Part shown: positions 53,960-62,828 of the stretch, piece after piece
Layout of the letters: the number at the start of each line of letters is the position of its first letter
How positions within the stretch are numbered: position 1 is the first letter of the stretch
Assembly (NCBI GenBank): GCA_937873315.1
Contig: CALMQX010000036.1
Location: forward strand, 89,457-153,456
Reading direction: 5' to 3'
Source of the DNA: an uncultured Nostocoides sp.
GTDB taxonomy: Bacteria > Actinomycetota > Actinomycetes > Actinomycetales > Dermatophilaceae
DNA: 64,000 nucleotides
Translations under genes and position numbers: made by a program
Notes under the pieces: generated by a model
What the model saw: only the letters and a program-made list of their open reading frames with translations
Told to the model about the DNA's origin: nothing
Database searches by the model: none

Positions 53960-55011
53960 GCACGTACCGGCCCGCTGGTGTCGCGGCCACGATAGTTGCA
54001 GCGTGCCTGTTGTTGGCGGGGTGCGTGTCCGCGCCGGCAGTCACCCCGCGCACCTCGGGCGCAGATGGAATCCAGCAGAGCGACGCGGTCCTCAACCAGT
54101 TGCTCACGTCTTCTGAACCGGGTTGCTCTGCCGCTGTTGCTCGAGATGGCCACGTTGTCTGGGCGGGCGCGCTCGGCCTGGCAAACACCGCATCTCACAC
54201 CTCTCTGACCACGGGCAGCCGGTTCGATTTCGCATCTGTGTCAAAGCAGTTCACCGCGACCGCGATTCTCCTCCTGGCCGAGGAGGGGGCGCTCTCGCTA
54301 TCTGACTCGGTGAGGCACTGGCTGCCGGCTCTGCCGGCCTGGGCCGAACGCATCACAGTCGCAGACCTGCTGCACCACACCACCGGCATCTCCGACTACG
54401 CTCCGACCCTCACCGGTCAAGGCCACACCCTGACCGACCCGACGACTCAAGCAGACGCTCTCGCGGTGATAGCAGCAACCACGCCCGCAGAGCCGGGGCG
54501 GTTCGACTACTCCAACTCCAACTACGTCCTCCTCGCCGAGATCGCCAGCACCGTCACGAACATGCCTTTCGGCGAGTTCCTCGCAGGCCAGGTCTTCGGT
54601 GCAGCGCCACTCGCACTCGAGCCCGCCTCACCCGACACCGTCACCGGGTACTCCGACGGCAAGCCCGTCACCTCGGCGTGGAAGCAGATCGGCGACGGCG
54701 GGATCGTTGGAACACCATCGGAACTCGCGCAATGGGCGGACTACTACCGCCAGGGTCTCCCCGGGCACCCATCCCTCCCCGCTGCGGCCGTCGCGGACGC
54801 CGTCGACACCGGCGATCCCGCCGGAAGTCGATACGGCGCCGGCATCCTGGTCGGGAGCGACGGCAGTCTCAGCCACATCGGCTCCTGGGCAGGCGAAGTC
54901 ACTCTCTTCGGGGTCGCCCCGGACCGACAGACCAGCATCGTCGTCAGCTGCAACAGCACCTCCGCGCCCGCCAACACTCTCGCCCAAGCCCTACGCACCA
55001 TCTGGCAGTAG
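53956..55011 (+). CDS. serine hydrolase (class-C beta-lactamase / DD-peptidase family) lipoprotein
   Basis: Lipobox LLLAGC. Active-site SxxK motif as FASVSKQFTA. YSNSNYVLL. Confidence 0.85.
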   Translation: MSTYRPAGVAATIVAACLLLAGCVSAPAVTPRTSGADGIQQSDAVLNQLLTSSEPGCSAAVARDGHVVWAGALGLANTASHTSLTTGSRFDFASVSKQFTATAILLLAEEGALSLSDSVRHWLPALPAWAERITVADLLHHTTGISDYAPTLTGQGHTLTDPTTQADALAVIAATTPAEPGRFDYSNSNYVLLAEIASTVTNMPFGEFLAGQVFGAAPLALEPASPDTVTGYSDGKPVTSAWKQIGDGGIVGTPSELAQWADYYRQGLPGHPSLPAAAVADAVDTGDPAGSRYGAGILVGSDGSLSHIGSWAGEVTLFGVAPDRQTSIVVSCNSTSAPANTLAQALRTIWQ

Positions 55012-55233
55012 TCTTCGCCAAGGAAGAAGCCTCGACTCGTGAGAATGTGCAAGCGTGGGCGATCGATGGAGACCCTTGCGCGCGAAAGCGCTGCCGCGGG
55101 CATGGGTCGATTGCTGCGGGGCTGGGTCATCGCCATGAACGGCTCGTGATCAATGCGGCAAGAACCTTAGGCGAATTCATCCTGGACACGCTCAGCGATC
55201 CCCGGAGCGCCGTGGCAGAGGTTCGACGGAGGC

Positions 55234-55620
55234 TCAGGGCAAGGCAATTGAGCTCAACCCGTAGACGCGAATACAACCTAGAACGCGAATCGCCTCTCGG
55301 CTGTCGAGATGCACCGCAGATTGCACGAGCGCATGCCGGGCACCTTGCACGTTCCGATGGAAGGTCTGCCCCTGGGCCTGGCCGTCGTCCCATGAGGGAA
55401 ACACCAGCCGCAACTCGTCGACGAGTCGCGTTCGTGTCCCGGTGTTGTACAGCCAGATCGGAAGTCTGACGCCGAGCCGGCGATCGGTCGCAACGTAGCC
55501 CGAGAACGCCGGGATGCTCGACATGATGAGCTTGCCGCGCCGAGCTTGAAGCCACCAGAAACTCGAAACGGTGAAGATCAGCGCCGCGACGGATACCAGG
55601 AGCGCCGGAGTCATGAGCAT
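55234..55620 (-). CDS. hypothetical single-TM protein whose C-terminus is encoded by repeat copy E
   Basis: MLMTPALLVSVAALIFTVSSFWWL TM helix. From ...TFHRNVQGARHALVQSAVHLDS onward the ORF reads through the repeat core (55303-55356). Confidence 0.4.
   Translation of the reverse strand: MLMTPALLVSVAALIFTVSSFWWLQARRGKLIMSSIPAFSGYVATDRRLGVRLPIWLYNTGTRTRLVDELRLVFPSWDDGQAQGQTFHRNVQGARHALVQSAVHLDSREAIRVLGCIRVYGLSSIALP
55295..55356 (+). repeat. repeat-family copy E (core only, left hairpin arm lost)
   Basis: GTCGAGATGCACCgcagaTTGCACgagcgcATGCCGGGCACCTTGCACGTTCCG, ungapped against B, C, D and F. Confidence 0.55.
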
Positions 55621-55748
55621 CTCCGCAGTCGCATTCGTCGTGCTGGGCAAGTGCGGGCAAGCCACAGGACGCCGCAACGTACTCGCGTAATCGAAGGAGC
55701 GAGCGCCGTCGCACCGACCGAGTCCTCCGGCAACTTAAAGTTCATCGG

Positions 55749-55838
55749 GCAAGAGTTCAATCTTCGCTGCGTCTCGACACCCCTGTCGAGACGCAGCCGA
55801 AATTGCACGCGCGCGCGGGGGGCACATCGCACAACTAG
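55749..55838 (+). repeat. repeat-family copy F (most complete hairpin)
   Basis: GCAAGAGTTC box, then a perfect 14-bp stem GCTGCGTCTCGACA-cccc-TGTCGAGACGCAGC (55766-55797), then the core to 55838. Confidence 0.6.
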
Positions 55839-56167
55839 TCCCTAGGGCGAACCCCAGTCCAAAGTGGACGGACGTCGGGGGGTCTGTCGGCAAGGCCTAG
55901 GCGGCCCATTGGATTCCGACCGCTAGACACGTTTTGTCCCCGCCAGGCCCGGGCATCGAGCTAGGTCAGTGCAGATCGTTTTGTGCTGGCGGTCATCCTG
56001 TGGGGCCTTTGGCTACCGGCTAACCGGTACGGCCATTAGCCACCAGCCGACGGCGAGTGCACGATGCACCCCGACCGACGGGAAGTAGGTGCGCGCTGCC
56101 GTAGTTGGGACCCCACTCCCCCGACGACAGTGGACTCATTCGCACGGACAACAAAGGAGTGGGTGTC

Positions 56168-57703
56168 ATGACGGTGCAGGCAACGCGCGGGGTGGACGAG
56201 TTCGACATCGTGATCATCGGCGCGGGGATTTCGGGGATCGGCGCCGCGGCATACTTCCGCAAGGAGCTGCCCGGAAAGTCGATCGTCATCCTCGAAGCCC
56301 GCGACAACATCGGTGGCACGTGGGACCTGTTTCGCTACCCGGGCATCAGGTCCGACTCCGACCTGCACACCTTCGGGTATGCCTTCAAGCCCTGGCGGCA
56401 CGAGAACGCCATCGCCGACGCGCCCCTCATCCTCGAGTACCTGCGCGAGACGGTCGAGGAGAACCACCTGACCAACCTCATCCGGTACGGGCACCGCGTC
56501 GTCCGGTCCGACTGGTCGACGGCGGACTCGACCTGGACCCTGACTCTCGACGTGGCTGACCCGACGACCGGTGCGACGACCACCAAGACCATCCGCACCG
56601 GCTGGGTCTTTGCCGCGACCGGCTACTACCGCTACGACCAGGGGTACGCCCCGGAGTTCCCGGGCCGCGACGACTTCGCAGGCCTCGTCGTCCACCCGCA
56701 GCACTGGCCCGAGAATCTCGACTACAAGGACAAGAACGTCGTCATCATCGGCAGTGGCGCAACCGCCGTCACGATGGTCCCTTCGATGCTCAAGGGAGAG
56801 GGCGCTGCGCAGCACGTGACCATGCTCCAGCGGACCCCCACCTACATCATGTCGATGCCACGGGTCGACAGCGTTGCACTCACCCTCACTCGACTTCTCG
56901 GTGCCGAACGCGGTTATGCCGCAACGCGATTCAAGAACATTTGGGTGGAGCGTGCCGTGGTCAAGGGGCTGCGCGCTTTCCCCCGGGCGGGCCGGGCGAT
57001 GATCCGTCGCGACAACATCAAGCGCCTCCCGAAGGGCTTCGACGTCGACAAGCACTTCCACCCGCCGTACAACCCGTGGGACCAGCGCTTGTGTCTGGCA
57101 CCCGACGGCGACTTCTTCGAGGCCATCGCGCGCGGCGACGCGTCGGTGGTCACCGACAAGATCGTCCGCTTCACCCCCGACGGGATCCTGCTCGAGTCGG
57201 GCGAGGAACTACGCGCGGACATCATTGTCACCGCGACCGGCCTGACCATGCGCCTCTTCGACGGTATGCCGATCGTCGTCGACGGCGAACCCGTCGACAT
57301 CACCCAGAGCGTCGCATACCGCGGCATGTTGCTCAGCGGAATCCCGAACTGGGCCATGGCGATCGGCTACACGACCTCGTCGTGGACCCTCAAGATCAGC
57401 CTCATGTGTCGCTACTTCATCGACCTGATGCGCCACATGGACGAGCACGATTATGCCCAGGCTGTTCCCGTCGCGGTGCCGGGCATGGAGCACCGCTCCG
57501 TCATGGACCTTCAGTCCGGGTATGCCAAGCGCGGCGCCGCCGTCCTGCCCAAGCAGGGCCCGACCGCCCCGTGGCGGATGGCCATGTCCTACCAGGAGGA
57601 CGCCAAAGCCCTGCGCGGCCCGGTGGCCGATGAACACCTCGTGTTCAGTCGTCGTTCGGCAGTGCTCCGCCCGGCGCACGAGTCGGTGGCCGCACATGTC
57701 TGA
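56168..57703 (+). CDS. Baeyer-Villiger-type flavin-containing monooxygenase
   Basis: ATG 56168 after AAGGAG. IVIIGAGISGIGAA, BVMO fingerprint-like GGTWDLFRYPGIRSDS, and second Rossmann VVIIGSGATAV. Confidence 0.85.
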   Translation: MTVQATRGVDEFDIVIIGAGISGIGAAAYFRKELPGKSIVILEARDNIGGTWDLFRYPGIRSDSDLHTFGYAFKPWRHENAIADAPLILEYLRETVEENHLTNLIRYGHRVVRSDWSTADSTWTLTLDVADPTTGATTTKTIRTGWVFAATGYYRYDQGYAPEFPGRDDFAGLVVHPQHWPENLDYKDKNVVIIGSGATAVTMVPSMLKGEGAAQHVTMLQRTPTYIMSMPRVDSVALTLTRLLGAERGYAATRFKNIWVERAVVKGLRAFPRAGRAMIRRDNIKRLPKGFDVDKHFHPPYNPWDQRLCLAPDGDFFEAIARGDASVVTDKIVRFTPDGILLESGEELRADIIVTATGLTMRLFDGMPIVVDGEPVDITQSVAYRGMLLSGIPNWAMAIGYTTSSWTLKISLMCRYFIDLMRHMDEHDYAQAVPVAVPGMEHRSVMDLQSGYAKRGAAVLPKQGPTAPWRMAMSYQEDAKALRGPVADEHLVFSRRSAVLRPAHESVAAHV

Positions 57704-58631
57704 GCACCCACCTCTCCCGGATAACGACCAGCAGGTGCAGCTCCTCTCCGGCATCCGCATCTGTTTTCGCCACTACGGCAAGGCCACCGACCCAGCCATC
57801 CTGCTCATTGCCGGACTCGGCGAAGACCTCACCTTCTGGGGTGACACGTTCGTCGACACGCTCACCGGTCACGGGTTCCAGGTGGTCGCCATGGACAACC
57901 GCGACGTCGGCCAGTCGACCTTCGTGTCCACGCCGGCCCCGTCGATATGGCGGCAGGCCCTGGCCGTGCCCCGGGAGGACGCCTACTCGCTGGCTGACAT
58001 GGCACAGGACGCCATCGGCGTCCTGGATCACCTCGGCATCGACCGGGTGCACCTCGTCGGGCGATCGATGGGCGGCATGATCGCCCAAACGATCGCGGCC
58101 AGTCAGCCCGCTCGGGTGCTGTCCCTCACCTCGATCTACTCGACGACCGGTGCCAAGAAGGTCGGCCAGCCCGCCCTGTCGAGCATCGTGCGCCTCCTCG
58201 CCCCACCCGCTCGGTCCCGCACGGCCGCGGTCCGCGCTCATCTGCGGATCACGGCTCACATCGCCGGACGCGGTTACCCCATCGACGACAGCCACGAGGC
58301 AGCCATCGCGGCCCGCGGCTGGGACCGCTGCCTCGGTGACCAGGCGGCCGGTGTGGCCCGGCAGATCCAGGCGATCCAACGCAGTGGGGACCGCACGGCC
58401 CAGCTGCATCGGATCACCGCCCCGACCCTGGTCCTCAACGGAGACCGCGACCTCATGGTGGCCCCCAGCGGTGGCACGGCCACCGTCGCCGCCATCCCGG
58501 CCGCTCAGCACGTCGTGATTCCCGGCATGGGACATCACATCCCCGAAGCACTTGTCCCGACCATCACCGAATACATCGCCCAGCACGCCCAGCGCGTGGG
58601 CGCCGGAGGAACCCATGTCAGCCTCTCGTAA
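57696..58631 (+). CDS. alpha/beta-fold hydrolase
   Basis: ATG 57696 overlaps the BVMO stop. ILLIAGLGED..., nucleophile elbow GRSMGG, C-terminal GMGHHIP. Confidence 0.85.
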   Translation: MSEHPPLPDNDQQVQLLSGIRICFRHYGKATDPAILLIAGLGEDLTFWGDTFVDTLTGHGFQVVAMDNRDVGQSTFVSTPAPSIWRQALAVPREDAYSLADMAQDAIGVLDHLGIDRVHLVGRSMGGMIAQTIAASQPARVLSLTSIYSTTGAKKVGQPALSSIVRLLAPPARSRTAAVRAHLRITAHIAGRGYPIDDSHEAAIAARGWDRCLGDQAAGVARQIQAIQRSGDRTAQLHRITAPTLVLNGDRDLMVAPSGGTATVAAIPAAQHVVIPGMGHHIPEALVPTITEYIAQHAQRVGAGGTHVSLS

Positions 58632-60033
58632 GTCGCCAGCCACCCCCACCCGCCCGGAACCTGAATCCGTCGACGTCGTCATCGTCGGCGCGGGCTTCGC
58701 CGGGCTCAGCGCCGCCGAACGGCTGGTGAGCAGAGGGTGCTCCGTCGTCGTCCTCGAAGGCCGGGACCGCGTCGGCGGCCGATCACTCACCGGCGAAGTG
58801 GGCGGCATACCCGTCGATTTCGGCGCGACTTGGGTGGCGCGACGGCATACCGCCGTCCTCGACCTGGCTCGCCGGGTGGGCTGCACGACGATGCCGCAGT
58901 ATGCCGAGGGGCGCAATGTGGCCTGGATGGGCGGGCGCCGGTTCACCTACAAGCTCACGATCCCCACCCCCTCCCCCATCGTCCTCGTCGACATGGCACG
59001 GATGCAGCTGGCGCTGGAGCGACTGATGAAGAAGGTTGACGTCGACGCCGCCTGGAGTTCGCCGGACGCTGCCCGCCTCGACGCCATCTCCTTCGGCGAC
59101 TGGTTGGATCGCCGCCGTCCACATCGGACCACCCGAGCCCTGATGAACATCGTCAGCAAGGTGCAGTGGGGCTGCCAACCGGCCGAAGTCTCACTGCTGC
59201 ACGTGCTGCGCTACTCCAAGGCGGCCGGCGGCCTGGACCACATGCTCGACGTCGAAGGCGGGCAACAGCAGGACCGACTGCGCGAGACGACCCAGGAGAT
59301 CGCCAAGCGCGTCGCCGCGAGCTTGGGCGACCGGGTCGTCGTGGGCGCACCGGTCCGCAGCATCAGCCAGGACGACACCGGCGTCGTGGTCACCACCGAT
59401 TCCACCTCCTACACCGCCCGGTATGCCATCGTCACCGCCACTCCCGAGCACCGGGCTGACATCGAGTTCAGCCCCGCTCTGCCGGCGGCTGCCGAAGGAC
59501 TCAACCGGACCTGGCGGATGGGCGCGTTGAGCAAGGCGTTCGCGGCATACGAGACGCCGTTCTGGCGGGCCAATGGCCTCTCGGGTGAGGCCCTGACCGA
59601 TTCCGGGCCGGTTTTCATCACCTTCGACGTGTCGCCGGAGCATGGTCCCGGGGTCCTCGTCGCCTTCTGCGACCCCGTCTTCTTCGACGGCTTCACCGTC
59701 GAGGAGCGTCGGGAGCGCGTGCTCCGGCAACTCGTCGACCTGTACGGGGACCGGGCCGCAGCACCCCTCGACTATGCCGACCACTGTTGGGGCACAGACG
59801 AATTCGCGCCCGGTGGCCCGAACGCCGCAGTCGGCCCGTATGCCACGACGAGCTACGGCAGCGCCCTGCTCGAACCCCATGGACGCATCCATTGGGCCGG
59901 AACCGAGAGCGCCGGCGAATGGGCCGGCTCGCTGAACGGCGCCGTCCTGACCGGATGGCGGGCGGCGGAAGCGGTCCACGATCGACTTGCCGAAGGGGTC
60001 GACGCTGAGGCAGCCGAACTGGCCTTGACCTAG
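58615..60033 (+). CDS. flavin-containing amine oxidase
   Basis: ATG 58615 after GGAGGA. VVIVGAGFAGLSAAERL...VLEGRDRVGGR. C-terminal HWAGTESA...GSLNGAVLTG. Confidence 0.85.
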   Translation: MSASRKSPATPTRPEPESVDVVIVGAGFAGLSAAERLVSRGCSVVVLEGRDRVGGRSLTGEVGGIPVDFGATWVARRHTAVLDLARRVGCTTMPQYAEGRNVAWMGGRRFTYKLTIPTPSPIVLVDMARMQLALERLMKKVDVDAAWSSPDAARLDAISFGDWLDRRRPHRTTRALMNIVSKVQWGCQPAEVSLLHVLRYSKAAGGLDHMLDVEGGQQQDRLRETTQEIAKRVAASLGDRVVVGAPVRSISQDDTGVVVTTDSTSYTARYAIVTATPEHRADIEFSPALPAAAEGLNRTWRMGALSKAFAAYETPFWRANGLSGEALTDSGPVFITFDVSPEHGPGVLVAFCDPVFFDGFTVEERRERVLRQLVDLYGDRAAAPLDYADHCWGTDEFAPGGPNAAVGPYATTSYGSALLEPHGRIHWAGTESAGEWAGSLNGAVLTGWRAAEAVHDRLAEGVDAEAAELALT

Positions 60034-60065
60034 CCGAGAGCGCCGCCCCGGGGCAGACTTCCGCT

Positions 60066-61292
60066 ATGGACGAGCTCTGGACGCCACCCGGCCCGGCGGC
60101 AGCCGAAGCGATCCGCACGGTGAGCCAGCGACTGCTCGCCGAGAGCGACACCCTCATCGCGGCGCTCGTCGAACCCGCCCGTCTCGCCCAGGACGCCCCC
60201 GCGCTCCAGTCCGATGCCTCGCTCATGGAGGAGGACTACGAACTCAACCGGTCCGAGTTGCTCCAGTGGCTCACCTCGCACGTTCAGCACCCGGGGCGAC
60301 GGGTCGAGCCGTACGTCGGGGCCCGAACCAGCGAGTACCTCACCGATCTGGCCTCCCGCGGCATCCGACCGGACTTCGCCGCCGGCTGGCGTGCGGCCCT
60401 GGGTATCGGGTGGCGGCGCTGGGTCGAGGAATGCCTCGCGCTCGACCTGGACGCCGCCGTCCTGGCCGAGGTCCTCGACGTCTCCGCGCACTCGATCGTG
60501 CAGTACGCCATGGACTCCATCAGCGCGTTGAACGAGGTCAACCTCGTGGCGGCGGCGGGCCGGACCGACGCCGACGCGGTCGCCATGATCCAACTCATCG
60601 CCAGTGGGGCCGCGGTCGCGAGCGATCTCGCCGAAGGGCGCCTCAACTACCGGCTCGGACGCCAGCACGTCGGGGTGGTGATCTGGGCCGACGAGCCGGA
60701 CCAGGACGCCGCGCTCGACGCCTTCGCGGCGCAGTTGCGGGCCCTCGTCGAGCCCCGGTGCGCTCTCGTCGCGCGGGGCAGTGCGACATCCCGGTGGATC
60801 TGGCTGTCCGGGTCGGCGATCCCCGACCGGCACGTCCTCGAGCGCACCATCGCGGCCTGGACCGGGGCGCGGGCGGCGATCGGCCGACCGGGCCGAGGAC
60901 TCGAGGGCTTCAGCGACAGCCACCAGGACGCCTTGGCCGCCCAGGCCGTCGTGATCCGCCTCGGCTCCCCGCGACGCTTCACCGCGTATGCCGATGTCGA
61001 ACTCATCGATGCCCTCACCAAGGACCGCGTGAGCGCACGACGGTTCGTCCGTCGGACCCTCGGGCCGCTCGCCGAAGGAGACGAGGTGCTGCGGGAGGCG
61101 CTGCTGGCGTACGTGCAAAGCGGGTTCAGCACCACGCAGACGGCGGCGACCCTCTACGCCCACCGCAACACCGTCGAGCGGCGGGTCTCGCGCGCGAACG
61201 AGCTGTCGGCGGTGAAGGTCGAGGACAACCCGACCCACGTGGCCGCCGCCCTTATGGTCCTCGACCTCGCCCCCGACATCGTCGCGGACTGA
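60066..61292 (+). CDS. PucR-family transcriptional regulator
   Basis: 408 aa. C-terminal PucR HTH: LREALLAYVQSGFSTTQTAATLYAHRNTVERRVSRANEL. Confidence 0.8.
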   Translation: MDELWTPPGPAAAEAIRTVSQRLLAESDTLIAALVEPARLAQDAPALQSDASLMEEDYELNRSELLQWLTSHVQHPGRRVEPYVGARTSEYLTDLASRGIRPDFAAGWRAALGIGWRRWVEECLALDLDAAVLAEVLDVSAHSIVQYAMDSISALNEVNLVAAAGRTDADAVAMIQLIASGAAVASDLAEGRLNYRLGRQHVGVVIWADEPDQDAALDAFAAQLRALVEPRCALVARGSATSRWIWLSGSAIPDRHVLERTIAAWTGARAAIGRPGRGLEGFSDSHQDALAAQAVVIRLGSPRRFTAYADVELIDALTKDRVSARRFVRRTLGPLAEGDEVLREALLAYVQSGFSTTQTAATLYAHRNTVERRVSRANELSAVKVEDNPTHVAAALMVLDLAPDIVAD

Positions 61293-61424
61293 CCGCTGCT
61301 GACCGGCACCGGTGCACCGTGCACCGGGACCGGGTCAGTCAGGTGCCCACTGCCGTAGCCCGGGATCCGCGCTGGAGCCGACCCTGGATCCGTCACCTCA
61401 GACGAACAGGGAAGGCAGCGAACT

Positions 61425-62825
61425 ATGTCGCGCGAGTTCACCATTGCCGATGATCGCCGCAGCGTCGTCGGACTCGGCGCGGTCGCGACCGTGGTCGCAC
61501 TGCAACGGTCCCGCACGAGGAACTCCCGGTTCGGCCTGCCGCCGGCCCCGGCACCGGCCGGTCGCGCCGCCCGGCGGGTCAGGCCGCCCCTCGTCACCGA
61601 GGGTGATCCGGCGGTTTCGGGTCAGCCCGACCGGCCCGTCACGAGTCGATGGCTCGCGATCCTGGCCTTCGGTCTCCTGGCCACCGCGAGCCAGATGCTT
61701 GTCGTCAACTACGCGGCCGTGACCGCGGACGCGGCACGGCACTTCGGGGTGTCGACCACCGATATCGGCTGGCTGACCCAGGTGTTCCCGCTCGTCTACG
61801 TCCTGCTCGCGATCCCGGCGGGTCTGGCCCTGGACCGCTTCTTCAAGCCGTCGCTCATCCTCGGTGCCGCGCTCACGGCTGCGGGCGCATTCCTTCGGTT
61901 GGTGCACGACGACTACACCTGGGCGCTCGCGGGACAGGTCGTCGCCGCCGTCGGCCAGCCACTGGTCCTCAATGCCATCCCCGGCCTGGCGATCGCCTAT
62001 CTCGCGGCCAAGGACCGAGCCGCTGGTATCGCGCTGGCCTCGTCCGCGACCTTCGGGGGCATGCTCGTGGGATTCCTCATCGGGTCGTTCCTGCCCGGCG
62101 AGCAGCACATCCGAACCCTGACCCTGATCACCGCGCTCGTCGCGATGGATGCGGCCTTCGCCCTCGTCGCGGCCCTCCACCTCGTCAAACCGCTCCCGGG
62201 GGCTGAGCTCCCGACATCCGGTGGCCTCCACACGCTCCGCGCGGCCCTGCGCAACCGATTCCTGCGTCGACTGTGCGCGCTCGTCGTCATCCCCTTCGGG
62301 ACCTTCCTCGCGCTGGCGACGTTCATCCAGCCGCTGCTTGAACCGGCGGGTGTCAGCGAGTCGACGTCCGGCTACATCCTGGCCCTGACCATGCTCGCCA
62401 GTGTCGTCGGCTGTGCGGTCGTTCCGGTGTGGGCGGCCCGGCACCGCCGTCAGGTGCAACTCATGGGCCTCGGCATCGCTTTCACGGCGGCAGCCTGCCT
62501 GCACCTGGCCCTCGTCCCGAGCGCGCTCATGGCCTTCATCACCCTGGCCGGGATCGGGTTCTTCCTCCTGCCGGCACTGCCGATCGTCCTCGAACTCAGC
62601 GAACGTCACGTCCCTGAGGCCGAGAACACCGCCGCCGCCTTGATCTGGATGGCCGGCAACCTGGGCAGCGTGGTCGTCGCCACAGCCGTCGGTCTGCTCG
62701 TCGCCAGCCCGACGATCGCCTTCCTCGCCCTGGCTGCCATAACCGTCCTGGCCCTGCCACTTCTTCGCTGGTACCAGCGGCTCGAAGACCCTACCCCCGG
62801 AACAGAACCCTTCGGACAGGAGTGA
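61425..62825 (+). CDS. MFS transporter (true start possibly downstream)
   Basis: 12 hydrophobic helices from about residue 75. The N-terminal ~70 codons are Arg/Pro-rich and may not be translated. Confidence 0.75.
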   Translation: MSREFTIADDRRSVVGLGAVATVVALQRSRTRNSRFGLPPAPAPAGRAARRVRPPLVTEGDPAVSGQPDRPVTSRWLAILAFGLLATASQMLVVNYAAVTADAARHFGVSTTDIGWLTQVFPLVYVLLAIPAGLALDRFFKPSLILGAALTAAGAFLRLVHDDYTWALAGQVVAAVGQPLVLNAIPGLAIAYLAAKDRAAGIALASSATFGGMLVGFLIGSFLPGEQHIRTLTLITALVAMDAAFALVAALHLVKPLPGAELPTSGGLHTLRAALRNRFLRRLCALVVIPFGTFLALATFIQPLLEPAGVSESTSGYILALTMLASVVGCAVVPVWAARHRRQVQLMGLGIAFTAAACLHLALVPSALMAFITLAGIGFFLLPALPIVLELSERHVPEAENTAAALIWMAGNLGSVVVATAVGLLVASPTIAFLALAAITVLALPLLRWYQRLEDPTPGTEPFGQE

Positions 62826-62828
62826 CCC

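Noticed and set aside
46402-55838. Repeat family considered as a CRISPR array
   Set aside because: The units are degenerate (about 60-70 % identity) and 1-3 kb apart. They are separated by complete genes rather than 25-40-nt spacers, and no cas genes are present.
46402-55838. Repeat family considered as integron attC sites
   Set aside because: No intI-type integrase or attI is present in the window. There are no RYYYAAC/GTTRRRY core boxes. The bounded modules contain several genes in both orientations with their own regulators and promoters, unlike promoterless integron cassettes. A distant functional analogy is not excluded.
56014-56029. Near-palindrome TACCGGCTAACCGGTA about 140 nt upstream of the BVMO gene, considered as an operator
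   Set aside because: It is a single imperfect site with no second copy and no adjacent regulator that would obviously bind it. It was kept only as a note.
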